A DNA stretch of 64,000 nucleotides, taken from the NCBI GenBank assembly GCA_051294375.1, contig CM119264.1:7089814-7153813 (forward strand), given 5' to 3'. The stretch's first letter is position 1. Each line of letters starts with the position of its first letter. The notes under the pieces are model-generated. The model did not search any database. It was not told the DNA's origin and was given only the letters and a program-made list of their open reading frames with translations. A program made the translations under genes and the position numbers. Source of the stretch: Paraspadella gotoi. Lineage: Eukaryota; Animalia; Chaetognatha. Positions 49,079 through 62,922 of the stretch are shown piece after piece.

Positions 49079-51263
49079 TCAATCTTCTTTGTTCTTTTGT
49101 AGATTTTCTTTCGTCTTTTTCTTGCTTTTTATTCCGTTTGTTTCCTTCTTTTTCCCACTTTTCTTTTGTTGATCAGTTTCGTTTTTATTTTCCTTGTTCA
49201 TTTGTTTTTCCTTCTCAGCGCGATCCTCCTCCCTTTCCGTCGGCCACAATCCCCCGAAGAAGACGTAAGCAAGAAGCGCCTCCCCTTCCTCTACGAAAGA
49301 TGGCAGCCGACCTCTCAACACTTCCGACGTTTTGAAGAGACAAAAGAGCATCAGACTCAAGCCTGTTTCAGAGTACAACGTGAAAAGGTTGTTGTTCAAT
49401 GAAAACTAAACTGTTTTTCGTTTAGGTTCAACTCTGAGCACATTTGTTTAAAAATATAAACTATCGAATATATACAAAATCTTAAAAATAAACGGACCTA
49501 CGACGGCTTCTCTCTCCACTGCAATGACGCCCATCCCCTCCGCAGTCATCGCTGCCGACGCCGCCATCGTCAACTTCGTGTAAAACCCGGGGTGAGTGAA
49601 CTCGCTTATCTGCGAAAAAAAAAGAAACATACGGGATTCTCGTTACTATAACGTTATATGTATTTATAATTAATATACAGGCGATATATAATTCAAACAA
49701 TTTAACACATAAAATGTAGTCATTATAAATTATGATAAGGCCAACAATTACCTTAGGTTCCCACACCCCGCGTAACAGTCGAATAAAGGTCATGATGTAA
49801 GCGGCGCAGCTGCCTCCAACGACACCGAGAATGATTGTAACGACGGGTGAAGTCGGATAGAGAGAGAGCGAACGAGTCACGAAAGCTATTGAGGGAGTCG
49901 TTCTCATAATTTTATATTTTTTAACTGTGATTTATTCATTTTCCCCTTTATTTCCTGATATGCCTTACCTGATATGCCTTACCTGATATGCTGAACACGC
50001 GGAAAACTTCTCTCCCGACGGCGAGGGGCAAGTGAACGGGCCACCAGTCGGTCGCACGAGAAACGACGTCCCTGAAACGGCGACCGTAGTGATTAAACCC
50101 GCTTTTACAGTTTTAGCTGATTTCATGGACAAATCCGGTAGGGTCCGTTGAAAATGCAAACTTTAAAAGATGGTTTATAGAAACTGATACGTAAATGTTA
50201 CCCATATATTTTTCTGTCAGTCACTCAGGATTTTCGGTTTATCTTAACTCCTAAGTTTATATATGTAGTCGGGCATTGCATAGACATAGGCATAGGCTGA
50301 GTGAACGTATGCAATGCCCGACTACATATATACAGTATCGGTTTTGAANNNNNNNNNNGGTTTCTACTTATACATCGTGATTCATCTGAGATTCAGAGAA
50401 ACATTCAGTCGAAATCTCACTCGTCCAAATTCAAGGTACGGGCAACGTCCCAAACGCGCTATCCGATGCTTGAAGTAAAAAAACAACTGCTCAGAAACAG
50501 TAGCCCTGCAATATCTGTTGTATTTGTATTTGTATTCAGAATATTCAAGTTACTTATAACGAAGATTACCATGGCGAGTAGAAGACCGTGTACCAGCATA
50601 GGGTGACGTAAATAAAAACTTCCTCCCTTTTCAGAATGTCCAATACAGGATTTCCGAGCAAAAGCGGGCCTTAAGTAAGAAACAAACACCATTCAGGGTA
50701 AACACATAACCAAAACACATATCGGCTTTTGAATTGAAGAATACCCAAAAATGCCCCGGCGTAACAAGTTAAGAGACAAGTCAACCAGCAGACGAAAGGA
50801 TGACTTCTTGTGAAAGTAGAATCGGTGGCTCTTGACTTTATGTCTTTTTTTATAGCTGAATGCCGTGAAAAATGTTAGACGATTATGAGTGGAGATTCTC
50901 CACTGGAGAAGACGAAATTATTTGATTATCAATTAACTGATTCGTTGAATCGTTATTCCCAATTCAAAAATCACAGTCAACTGTGAAAACGACATCAAGG
51001 CTTTTAACCTAAATTAGGTTCATATGTTTGATTATATTTTAGAAAAAAAATCTTTGAGATTAAATGTTACTCTAATGTTTAACAAATTTAACAAATTCGG
51101 CAATTAGCCAAAAAACAGCTCTCCTATTTAATGTCTCACCAACGACAATCAGTAACACGTGCGGAACCTCCCACATGGGTGGTGGACATTGGCGTAATAT
51201 TTCGGCCAATGAGCGAAGTCCAATTTTCGTCGCGTTAACGACGTCGCCCACAACCAGTGACAT
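49079..51263 (-). CDS. TMEM38: Trimeric intracellular cation channel (TRIC/TMEM38 family), multi-exon
   Basis: FTRSHPFVCWLTCLLTCYAGAFL|GPLLLGNPVLDIL..LCWYTVFYSPW|DVV..PVHLPLAVGREVFRV..LGVVGGSCAAYIMTFIRLLRGVWEPK|ISEFTHPGFYTK; Lys-rich C-tail. This matches the TRIC motifs HP.A.W, LLGEP, WY..F.CP, KEV.R and LLRGVW.P. Confidence 0.85.
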
Positions 51264-51425
51264 TTTTAAAAATAATATATGTATATATGAAGTAAAGTTT
51301 TGCCAGATTTTACCTTCGAAGTAAAACATTAAACTGAATTTGTTTTTCTGGACTGTTAAGATCGAGTGACACGATTCTAAAAACCAGTTCAATCCTGATG
51401 CTGGTCTCTCTCTCTTGTCCTCTCT

Positions 51426-51490
<65 letters not shown>

Positions 51491-52675
51491 ACACACAGAA
51501 TCACAAGCAAACACCAACCGGTGTGTATTTGGATGATAAAGCGATCTTCTATTGTACGAATTCATATAAATATAAATAGTCATTTGAGAATATATAAATA
51601 TATTTGCCCTTTCAACCAATATCTTTCTTGTTCTCGGTGAAATAAACTTAGAGGATAAAAGATCCAATTTCCAAAGATGCAAAAACTAAATTCCTTCTGC
51701 GTCGAACAAAAAAAAATGATGTGGTTTTTGAAAAAAAAATGTAAACTTGGGATTTGTTTCGTCTCACGTTTTATTCGTTTTCTTTTGCTTCTCTTGAGAT
51801 TTTCTTTAATTAGTTTTCTTGAGTTGGATTTATCTGCTTCTTATTTCTTTTCATTTTTTCTCACCGCTATATTTTTATGACCCCTGTTTGCTTTTACGTC
51901 TGCCATTTTAGTCGGTCCTGTTTTCTCAATACCTTATTTTTCTCACCACTGCTTTAAATTTTCCTGTTTCCTTCCTAAGATTTAAATTCTTTATCGTCGC
52001 TAAAAAAAATAAAAAGAAAAAAACTGGCGAATTGGTTCATGGACTCATAGACAAACGAAGTTTTATTTTGACATTTTGTCAAAAAAAAACTGACAGATGG
52101 ACGAATCGGAGGAGGGCTAGAAAAATCGGGCCTTCTCGGCTTTCATTGACGTACAGCAAATGGTTTTTTTTTATTTGTTATTATAGTATATACTTCCGAT
52201 GTAGTTAGTTAAGAAGGATAAAACAGGAGGGAGGGAAAGAGAGAGAGAGAGAGAGAGTGTGTTGGCGCTACAGATTTTCGGTCAAAATGATGGCCACAAT
52301 ATGTTAACTCTACTGAAATTAAATCTAATTTTTCAATTAAAAAATATTTCATTAATAGTTTAAATGCTATTTCCTTCTACGTAATTTTTTCACTTTTCAT
52401 AATGGACTCGATTTTCTCCTGGTGAGACGTGAGTGTTTTGAAATCCACACGAGAAATTCACCAACATCGACACCCAAAGCAACACATTTTTTTGAATATT
52501 TTTTTTTTCAAAAATAATAAAATAGTTACGATTTAAGGAAACAACCTCGACGAAGTTCTAACATTATTTTTTTTCTGTTCGAAAAAGTGACCAATACGAT
52601 TAAGTTTTTTATTTTTTGTCGTTTTTCATTAAGGTTTACATACTGAGGTTATCGATCTCTCTCTCTTTCTGTCTG

Positions 52676-52770
<95 letters not shown>
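52676..52770. repeat. (TTTC)n microsatellite
   Basis: About 23 tandem TTTC units. This accounts for the FFLS-repeat ORF. Confidence 0.95.
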
Positions 52771-53623
52771 CTCTCTATTTCGTTCTTTCTTTCTTTTTCT
52801 ATTTCGTTCTTTCTTTCTTTCTATATTTCGTTTTTTCTTTCTTTTTTTCTCTCTTTCTCTCCCTTTTCTCCCCTCTTCCGCGCCAAACGCCGAATCGTGT
52901 TTTCAGAAATAATTTCCTCAAATCAACTTTTTCATCTAAACTTTTAATCGAAGAAAAAAAAACTAAGAAAAAACATTTAGTGGAAACATCCCATAACTTC
53001 AACCACCAAGACTGCAAGCCGGACTATGAATATGAAGGCAAAGAATTTGACTACAACCGTCAACGTTTAATGCTTCATCCGCCACTGATGTTTCCATTTT
53101 TTCGCTACTTTTACTATTGATTTCCCAACTACTATAACCACCTCGGATGACCACCACCCCTGCCACTCTCGCCACCGCTTGATATCAAATTGAGTCGCAT
53201 CTTCGCATCAGATGCGAGGAATTCGATCGTTTACAACGAGAAGAAGAAGAAAAAGAAAACAAGAAAAAGAAAATATTAGAAAAAAAAAGAAACAAGAAAA
53301 AAAACGGAAAGTATGAAAATATAAACAGAAGGAAGAAACTGAAACGAAGTCGCGTCAAATGAAGATTATAGAAGAAAGGAAATCTGAAAGAGCAAGTGAT
53401 AAAAGAGTATAGTAATGATAATAGAAAATAAGGAAATAGAAAATAGAAAAGAAAGAGAGAATAGATATGAGGTCTGATCGTAACGATGCATTAGGCCAAA
53501 TGGTTTCAAAGTTTAGTGGATGCACTTGGCAATGCAAAGAAATAAGAGTGCAGAGTCGACCTCTGACTTATTTAAGAAATAAACGGGACATAGCCATCTT
53601 TCGCGTCGGCGTAATCTTAACAG

Positions 53624-53648
53624 TGACGTCAGGCGCCTTTTGACGTCA
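53624..53648. promoter_or_regulatory. Pair of full palindromic CRE sites (TGACGTCA x2)
   Basis: TGACGTCA at 53624-53631 and 53641-53648 in a CpG-rich patch, with an AT-rich TATA-like element at ~53568-53577. Confidence 0.45.
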
Positions 53649-55156
53649 GAGACGCCGTATCAGGTTATGTTTTCAGCTTCGCCGGTTATATCCTTTCACA
53701 TGGAAAAAGTAAGAAAGAGAGAGAGATGAAGAGAGAGAGAGAGGAGAGAGAGAGAGAAGAGAGAGAGAGTCAGAGAGAGAGAGAGAGAGAGTGAGAGAGA
53801 GTGCTAAATTAGCTCCTCATTTTCCCCCTTAAGCTACTCTCGCTCCTTTTCATCCCTGACCCCCCAAGATCTTCTCTTTCACTAAAATCAACTTAGAATA
53901 ATATTCAATCAGGTCTCTTTGACTTCCTAAGTATTCAGTTTATGATGTAGGGGGGGGGACAGGGGAGTTATTGTTTGGTCGACGCCGTTGTCTTTCGCAA
54001 AATGGGTCTTCAAAAGTGTAACAAAGTCCGGTCTCGTCGTCCCCTTGATATTTCTCCCATTTCACATCCATTTTGTTTATGTCTTGTTCTCCAGCTCATC
54101 CTTCCCTTCCTCCTCTTCATCTCCTTCCTCCTCTTCCTCTCCTTTCTCCTCTTCTCCCCTTTCTCCCCCTCCCACATAATCATCTCATGTTCAAGATCGA
54201 ACATTCAATTTTCAAAGATGAGAAGGAAAAACTGTTTTTAGACGAATAGTTTATCTACTTAGAAAGATAACAATAAAATTAAATTTTAAAAAATAAAAAA
54301 TTTTAAAATATTAATTTATCTTCGATCGTCTAACGTCGCAGCGGGTAAGTAATCTGCGCAAACAAACAAAAATATAAACAGAACATGAACGGAATTGTTT
54401 GTTCGTTTTTAAAATTAGTTCATCCCCACTTCGGACAAAACTATAGTAAAATAATTGTACCCCAACAAGTAGAATAATATGATCTTCGCCATGAAATATG
54501 GTGCATTATTGACGCGCCAACAATTTTTTTTTGGCGTAAAAAAACTAAATATAAATTGATCCTGAAATTGATCTCCAAATTCCGGCTCCGGAACTCCGGT
54601 CCCGAACTTCATTTTTCTCGGCGGTCCATAGCTAATTTTCTCGGCGGCCATTTCGATCCGGACGAGATATTTCGATCAAATTCTGATTGATTAGTAGAAC
54701 AGTCTCAAACAAGCTGTTCTTCAAAAACGAAAGATGCTAATAAAGAGGCCAAAAGAACAACTTCTCAACGTAGCATGTATTTTTTAGATTGGAGCGCGAA
54801 AGGAATTCGATAGTTAAGTCATAGGCAATGTCACTGCAAAATTACATTTAATTTAGTTCAGACAAACGTCAACAAAAAAGATAAAACACAATAGTTTATT
54901 TACGTTTAAACAAAATCTTTATACGATACAAATCCGGTAAAAAAACCGTTCGCGGCCGAAGTTTGTACGACCATTTTAAGTGCGTCCTAATTTGAAATAA
55001 AAAATCTCTCAAAGTCTACTAATATTTACAGTTTGAAGGACGAATATTCTATCTTGCTTTCTTCAAAAATGATAAACGCCTCGTCTCGTCGAGAAAATAA
55101 CATATATTTTAGCTCCGAATTCCACTACTACTGATTTTAATATTATATTATAACAG

Positions 55157-58100
55157 CGCCATCCAAGATGCCGGGACACGAGAACTGGACCATCGTCTCT
55201 TTCCCAGATCATTACTATCACCTCCTTTTGCCGAAGACCGTCACCGACGCCGATGCGGACTACTACAAAGGAAGGCACGGAGCCTCGATAAAAAGTGGGT
55301 ATAAAATTAAATATTTGATAACTATTACTGTATCAATCAGGCAATACCTTAGTCAATTATTTCGGCAATCAATAAATTAATAAATTTATTTATCAATTAA
55401 TAAACTTTTAAAATTTAATGAAGGTATACGTGAATTATTAGGTAAAAAGTAAAATGATTTTAAATGATTCGAGATTTCACATTTATTTAATAAATTATAA
55501 ATATAAAAAACCCATCAGACATGGAATCGCTAAGGAGTGTTTGGAATTACCCGATCCGGTCAGCGGTGGCGCCGAGGTGGGACGCCTTCAAGTGGCGCTC
55601 GTCTTTGACGGCTCCGAGCAGGTTTGAGAGAGAGAGAGAGCTCACTCACCTAATTTAAAAAAAACCAAAACCCGATGATGTAAATCTTACATTTTTTTGT
55701 TTATTACACTCTACATATAAAAAAAGTCAATTTTGTGCGTTATTCGATACCACAATGACTGCTTTAATTGTGCTCATTAATCGACAGCTTTCAGTAAACT
55801 TATCTATTTTTCAATTAATAAGTCGTAGCACTTAAAGCTTTAAAAAATTGCAATCGCCGTCAACAAAAAATTTCAATATAAGATAAAGTTACAATTATTT
55901 TTTTTCCAGTAATTAAAAATCGTGGTATTTGGTTCGACTTATGCGTTTTTGTTTTCGGCTTCGGTATGAAAATTGCATTTTAATTTATATTCGATTCCAT
56001 GCTAAAAAAAAAACGACGAGATAAAAGAAACACGTCTAGCGACATGATCAAAGAGACGGGTACGCTATAAATAAATGAATATCGAGAGCTAGTCTAAGTA
56101 ACTGAAACGACTCCTGCTTGTTCTAATTCTTCACGTTTATAGATATCGATACACTCCTCCAGACGCGATGCACAGAGTTGTCCGTGGCGCATCAACGATA
56201 TTGAAGTTACAGATTACCCTGCAGGAGAGAGACGATGAGAGGAGATGTAGAGTAGAGAGAGAGATGAGAGACGAGAGAGAAGTAGAGAAGAGAAGGAGAG
56301 AGAACATAATTGAGCACTCCCATAAATTATTTAAGCGATTAAGTTCCAAAAATTGGAAAATATTCACACACCACTCTTACATCCCATCTCTCTCTCTCTC
56401 TCTCTCGTCTCTCTCTCTNNNNNNNNNNNNNNNNNNNNNNNNNNNNNNNNNNNNNNNNNNNNNNNNNNNNNNNNNNNNNNNNNNNNNNNNNNNNNNNNNN
56501 NNNNNNNNNNNNNNNNNNNNNNNNNNNNNNNNNNNNNNNNNNNNNNNNNNNNNNNNNNNNNNNNNNNNNNNNNNNNNNNNNNNNNNNNNNNNNNNNNNNN
56601 NNNNNNNNNNNNNNNNNNNNNNNNNNNNNNNNNNNNNNNNNNNNNNNNNNNNNNNNNNNNNNNNNNNNNNNNNNNAAACAACGGTATGCCCTTTGCCTGA
56701 ATAGGAATGACGAAATTGAAAAAAAAATCAGCGAATGAGGCTTTATTACTAATTATAAAAAATGGCTCCTATTTTGTATTAATATATGTAAAAAAATAGC
56801 AAGTTGAAACGAAATAGTGTGATTTGAGGCGAAATTTCGAATCCTGTTTGTTTGAATTTTGTTGGCAAAAGAAAGACAGAAGTACAAATTCTCTCCTAAA
56901 ATAAATCTGAATTTGGAAATCTAATGATTCTACATCAAATAAAACAATAGGCCAGCAATGGTTATCGGTTTCTTATAGTGTAAATCTTAAATTTAACCCA
57001 ATTTAAACTGTCGCAACCCCTTTCTCAATTCTCGGTAGTGACAAGTTTCTCTATCCACTCAACCTTATCATTGGTCTTTATTCCATTCCTCATTTTCTTT
57101 ACGTGACATCATTCGTCAACTCACCACCAATCGCCAGCTGTAGTCTTTCTTCCAGTCAGTTACCCTCGCCAACGTAGCACGTCGGACTCTCAACTCCAAT
57201 CGCCCCTGGAGATCGCGACGTCATTAATCGAAACTTTCGGCCAATCGGCGTCGCTTCCCCTCGGCGCTTTTTTGAAACGCGACGCGCGGAAAAATTACGA
57301 GAAAACGCGCGCGCCTCCTTCTCTCTCNNNNNNNNNNNNNNNNNNNNNNNNNNNNNNNNNNNNNNNNNNNNNNNNNNNNNNNNNNNNNNNNNNNNNNNNN
57401 NNNNNNNNNNNNNNNNNNNNNNNNNNNNNNNNNNNNNNNNNNNNNNNNNNNNNNNTCTCTCTCTCTCTCTCTCTCTCTTACTTCCGGTTATCTCCTCGCA
57501 CTCACGTATTCCCCCATGATTACTTCGAAAAAAATTTTAACGCACTTTTTCGTCGTTGTGATAATTTCACGTTCTTTTTGGTTTACTTTAAATTTTGAAG
57601 ACAACTTGTTTCTGCATGTATCTTTTTTCGTGATTTAAAACGCGTTTTTACAAGAAACTTAATAATTTTATAATAAAAGTCAAAAGTCAAAAACTTTAGA
57701 AAAAGAAAGTTAACAGAGAAATATCCCTGGATGCCAGGACCCGACCACGTACATTTCTTCATAAGTTAAGTTGTTATAAGTTAAAAATTGTTTGTTTGTT
57801 ATAAGTTAAGTTGTTTGGTGGGTTTCCCGGCTTGTCCGATAGTCCGCGTTATGAATGAATATGGTGTTGGAAGGTCCGGGTCAGCGGTGTTCAGGTCGGT
57901 CTGTCGGTTAACATACTTTCTCTCTCTCTACTCTCTCTCTCTCTCTCTCCCGCTCTCCTCTCCTTATCTCGTCTCTCTCTCCTCCCTCTCTCTCTCTCTC
58001 TCTTCATCTTCTCTCACTCTCCACAGTTGAAATGAAACGCTCTATTTGTATACATTAATTGTTAACATTTAAGTCGCCGCTCCTTTAGTAAGAGTAGAAG

Positions 58101-58270
58101 AAGCGGAGGAGCCTCTCTCATCCTCCATCTTCTTCATCATTCTCGCCATTCTTCATCATCAGGAATGGGTCACGATGTCAAAAAAGCTTTTAGTCATCTG
58201 CCTCTTTTCCTGACGTCAGCTGTCATCCTCTCTCTCAAAATATACAGACAACTTTTTTGCAATTTTTTTT
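55157..58270 (+). CDS. Probable exons of an unidentified gene interrupted by assembly gaps
   Basis: AG/GT-bounded GC-rich blocks: 55157-55293 (MPGHENWTIVSFPDHYYHLLLPKTV..), 55519-55621 (MESLRSVWNYPIRSAVAPRWDAFKW..), ~57843-57894 (VRVMNEYGVGRSGSAVF, FN3-end-like) and ~58074-58270 (His/Ser-rich with a hydrophobic tail). Connectivity is uncertain. Confidence 0.35.
56419..56676. other. Assembly gap (N-run); other gaps at 16526-16535, 41902-41911, 50349-50358, 57328-57455 and 63740-63764
   Basis: Runs of N, two of them flanked by CT microsatellites. Confidence 0.99.
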
Positions 58271-60329
58271 TCTTTTATAAAAAAAGGGAGCGATTCGCAT
58301 TTCATAGTTTTCTTTCGATGCCCCGGATGTCATCCGTGTCATTGATTTTTCCAGGAACATCCGTGTTATCCGTCAGTTCAATTCATTCTATCAGTTACTT
58401 AATGGACATTAAAGAAAGTAGAGCGTAAGTTGATTTGGTAAGGAATAGAACTGATATCCCAGTAGACAGACCTATTTTATAATAGATTATACATTGATTA
58501 ACGCCGCTAAAAGAGAAGAAATTCCATACTGACGCCGACCGTGTAGTGCGAACGATTAGTATGCGTAAAATCTCAAATTCAAATGAATTCTTCAATTTTT
58601 ATGTACATTCTTTTTCAGCGTCGTAAGCGCAAAAAAAGACTCACAGACAAAACAAAGCAGCCGGAGCCTCGGTGCAGTGGAGCCGCGGAGCTGGTTAATT
58701 TTCACAAATAGCAACTTAGCAAGATCAAAAGACTGTTAGATTTATACGTAAAACAAAAAAACACCACTTTTTGAACATTTTTAGCTATTTGGTTAGTATA
58801 TTTGTTTAGTTGATACATTGACAAAGTGAGTTTTCGGCTGGAACCCGTGATTGGTTCAAACTTGCGAATGGCTGAACCGAGTGATTGGCCCGAGGCCGTA
58901 ACCGTCTAAAACGAGCTCTGGTATCGAAGTTGGATGATTTTAGATAAAAGGCTCGCGTCGTTGGCGCCGCAAAACGGAAACCACAAACGGCGCTTAATTC
59001 AATTTGCATAAACGACTCGTCCGATGGCAAGATGGCCTGAGGAAGCGGGGGAATGAGAAATGGTGGTCCACTTTTCGATCAGGCCCTTACTTTCCTGAAG
59101 CTAGTCTATGCCCGTTCCCTAATCCAGAACCAAACCATGCCCCTTCCTATCCTCGCTTTAACTTTTTTTACCCTCACGCGCTGACAAATCACTTCTGCTT
59201 CCACTTCCCCCCCCCTTCTTCTTCCTTCTACCCTTTCACCCTCCCCCCCTTTTTTTTCCCGCCATTTCTTCATTCCCCCGCTTCCTCAGGCCATCTTGCC
59301 ATCGGACGATCGTTTATTGCCAAATTGAATTAAGCGCCGTTTGTGGTTTTCCGTTTTGCGCGCCAACGACGCGAGCCTTTTATCTAAATCATCCAAACTC
59401 GATACCAGAGCTCGTTTTTAGACGGTTACGGCCTCGGGCCAATCACTCGGTTCAGCCATTCGCAAGGTTTGAACCCAATCACGGGTTTCCAGCCGAAAAC
59501 TCACTTTGTCAATTGTATCAACTAAACAAATATACTAACAAATAGCCTAAAAATCGTTTCAAAAGTGGTGTTTTTTTGTTTTACGTATAAATCTAACAGT
59601 CTTTTGATCTTGCTTAAGTATGCTATTTGTGAAAATTAACCAGCTCCGCGGCTCCACTGCACCGAGGCTCCGGCCTGCTTTGTTTTGTCTGTGAGTCTTT
59701 TTTTTGCGCTTACGACGCTGAAAAGAATGTACATAAAAATTGAGAATTTCATTTTGAATTTGAGGATTTTACGCATACTAATCGTTTCGCACTACACGGT
59801 ACGGCGTCAGTATGGAATTTCTCTCTTTATAGCGGCCCTCGTTAATCAATGTATAATCTATTATAAAATAGTCTTCTACTGGGATATCAGTCTATTCCTT
59901 ACCAAATCAACTTACGCTCTACTTTACTTTAATGTTCCCATTAAGTAACTGATAGAATAATTGAACTGACGGATAACACGGATGTTCCTGAAAAATCAAT
60001 GACACGGATGACATCGGGGCATCGAAAGAAAACTATGAAATGCGAATCGCCTCCCTTTTTTTTATAAAAGAAAAAAAAAATTGCAAAAAAGTTGTCTGTA
60101 TATTTTGAAGAGAGCGATGCACAGCTGACGTCAGGAAAAGATGCAGATGGACTAAAAGCTTATTTGACATCGTGACCCATTCCTGGATGATGAAGAATAG
60201 GCGAGAATGATGAGAGATGGAGGATGAGAAGAGGCTCCTCGCTTTCTTCTACTCTTTGACTAAAGGAGCGGCGACTTAAATGTTAACAATTAATGTATAC
60301 AAATAACTTTTCATTTCAAACGTTGGAGA

Positions 60330-60360
<31 letters not shown>

Positions 60361-60784
60361 CAGATGAGAGAGACGAGAGAGAGGAGAGAGAGAGAGAGAG
60401 AGAAGTATGTTAACCGACAGACCGACCTGAACACCGCTGACCCGGACCTTCCAACACCATATTCATTCATAACGTTCGTACTATCGCGAACAAGCCGGGA
60501 AACCCACCCAAACAACTTAATCTTATAACAAACAAACAATTTAACTTATAAACAACTTAACTTATTGAAGCAAATTTACGTTGGGTCGGGTCCTGGCATC
60601 CAAGGGATATTTCTCGTTAACTTTCTTTTCTAAAGTTTTTGACTTGACTTTATTATAAAATTATTAAGTTTCTTGTAAAACGCTGTTTTAAATTCACGAA
60701 AAAAGATACAATGCAGGGAAACAAAGTTGCTTCAAAATTTAAAGTAAACCAAAAAGAACGTGAAATTATCACAACGACGAAAAA
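57546..60784. repeat. Long inverted repeat (arms ~57546-59066 and ~59261-60784, ~195 bp C/T-rich loop)
   Basis: The right arm is the reverse complement of the left arm over ~1.5 kb. Differences are mostly 1-nt indels. Confidence 0.92.
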
Positions 60785-62922
60785 GATTCGGCCTCTGCAT
60801 TTTGATATAAAAATAAAACTTTTCTCCTCCGTTTTAATATAATCTGTATGTGTATCTACGAATAAAAGTAAAAATCAAAGTAGTGCCTTTTGGTTTTGTT
60901 TATTTAACACTTATAGAATAGATTTTTAGCGAATACTTCACTTATGGATATTGGTTCTCTTTGATTACGTGTTGTATCGGTGTGCGAGATGATTTGCAAT
61001 AACTCAGAGCGGTAAGTAAGTATCATGTGAAAGTAGCTCGAACACGAAGAAAAGATATCACTTGAGAATCACACGCTAAGGAAAAAGGGAGGAAGATCAA
61101 CGCCGTCTTCCGCCTTTAATTTTTAGTTTTTTATTTCAAAACCGTTTTTTTCGCTCTTTTTCTTTTTCATTAATTGGGATAAGAAATTTTTTTTTTTTTG
61201 GCCAATTTTCAATTAAATTGATTAAGTGAGTAGTCACAAAACGATTCGTTCCAAAGCAGACTCAATTTTCTTTTTTAATCTTCAGGTGTTACGAGTGAAA
61301 CTTCAATCTCTATTTGTGATAATACCCCGAGAATTGGATTAACAATTGACTGCTAATATGTGCTGTATAAGAATGGACTTGTAGCGGACCAATATATGAA
61401 AATATATACGGTAATCTTTTAGGAATGTTTTTGTATTTCTGTATAGACTTATTAAATCAAATCAACACGGTATTTAAGGAGAATTTTTCATTGTAAAAGG
61501 ATATTTTTATAAAGTAAATTTACTTTAAAAATTAATTTATTCAAAAAAAGATTGTACTTTTCTTGTTATGGGGTTTTCTTAAACCTATGGCTTTAGTTGG
61601 TTATAAAAGGCTTTAAACGCGGTTAAATATTTAACTCGAATATTCTTTCGCTGACCAATCTACGTTTTGGGTCGTTGGGTGTCCCTTGGCTTGGGTCCAC
61701 CAAAATGTTCTTCCTATGTGTGCAACCTACTAATAGCTTTTTTACTATTTTTCGCAAGCTTTTAAAAAATTCTTAATAGACTCGTTTAGGCTTTCTTAGG
61801 CAGTAGAAAGGCGGTGCAGTTTCCAATGTTTTCCGCAAAGGTTACTTGCTGAACTTATCTTTTCAACCAATTGGCCTTCAATATGATATATAGATATATA
61901 GTATATGTAGTGGTCATCTACAATACATTTGTGGACGTGATTGGAGTGCATTGTTGTTATTATTCTGTGTTACTATGGCGGCCTACCTTAGATTAGAGCT
62001 GGAATCTTTTAATCATATAATCCTGACGTGATTATACTTAGACCTTCGTTTCAGATGTGAATTGTTACGAATATATATTCATATCTACGTAGCAATACTG
62101 TGAAACTTTCCAGTAGACGTTTTTCGGCTTATCTGGGGAAAAACAAGACCTGGCATGAAATATTATAGCGTTTGCTTCCTTATTTGTAGAACGAGAGAGG
62201 TCCTGATTAATTTTTGGGAAAATAGAAAATTTCAGCCACCCTTAAAACGTTTTTTCATTAATTGTAACGAAGGTAGAAATACTCAGCTCGTATTTTTAAA
62301 ATTACACAAGCAGTTTTGAATTCTGGTGTCGTATTCATACCGAGACCAAGATTCAATACAGTCAAAGATGAAAAGTTAGGAATTTATATACTATATTATT
62401 ACAATATATTCATGAAAGTAACCTCAGTTTAAAAATTAGGTTCAAAAACTTTTTTCAAAGATTTTTGCAATTTTAACTCGGCCATTTGCGTTTCTCAAAT
62501 TTTAAACAAAGGTTAAAGCGACAAAATTAACGTGATACTATTTAAAAGAAAAACAGAAATAAATAGGCTTATCATTCGGCATCTCTATACGAAACACCAT
62601 GCGGCATCTTTGCCAACATTTCTGGGAAGCGAACTCTTAGAATCAAGTGCAAGAATTTTTTTTGCAAAACTCAAAATTTTTGTTTTAGCTTTCAACAAAA
62701 TTCCTGATGCCACTTTTTTCGGCCGAATTCACAAGTTGACAATAAAAATTGGAGGGTCAGGGGGCTGATGGCGGCAACTAGTCGGCCGAAAATGCATTTT
62801 TCAAAAAAAAAGTATGCTAGTCCTAAGCTTTCAAAAACTGGGAAGAAGAAACAATCGTCATATGGGGCTAAAAAAACCGTAGGCAGGAGGGATCTAGGAA
62901 TTAAAAAGCGTCCTAAGGTCGA

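Noticed and set aside
52616-52912. Phe/Leu/Ser-rich ORF resembling a membrane protein
   Set aside because: It is the translation of the (TTTC)n repeat.
56168-56704. ORFs spanning N-runs
   Set aside because: They are artefacts of gaps and AG/CT microsatellites.
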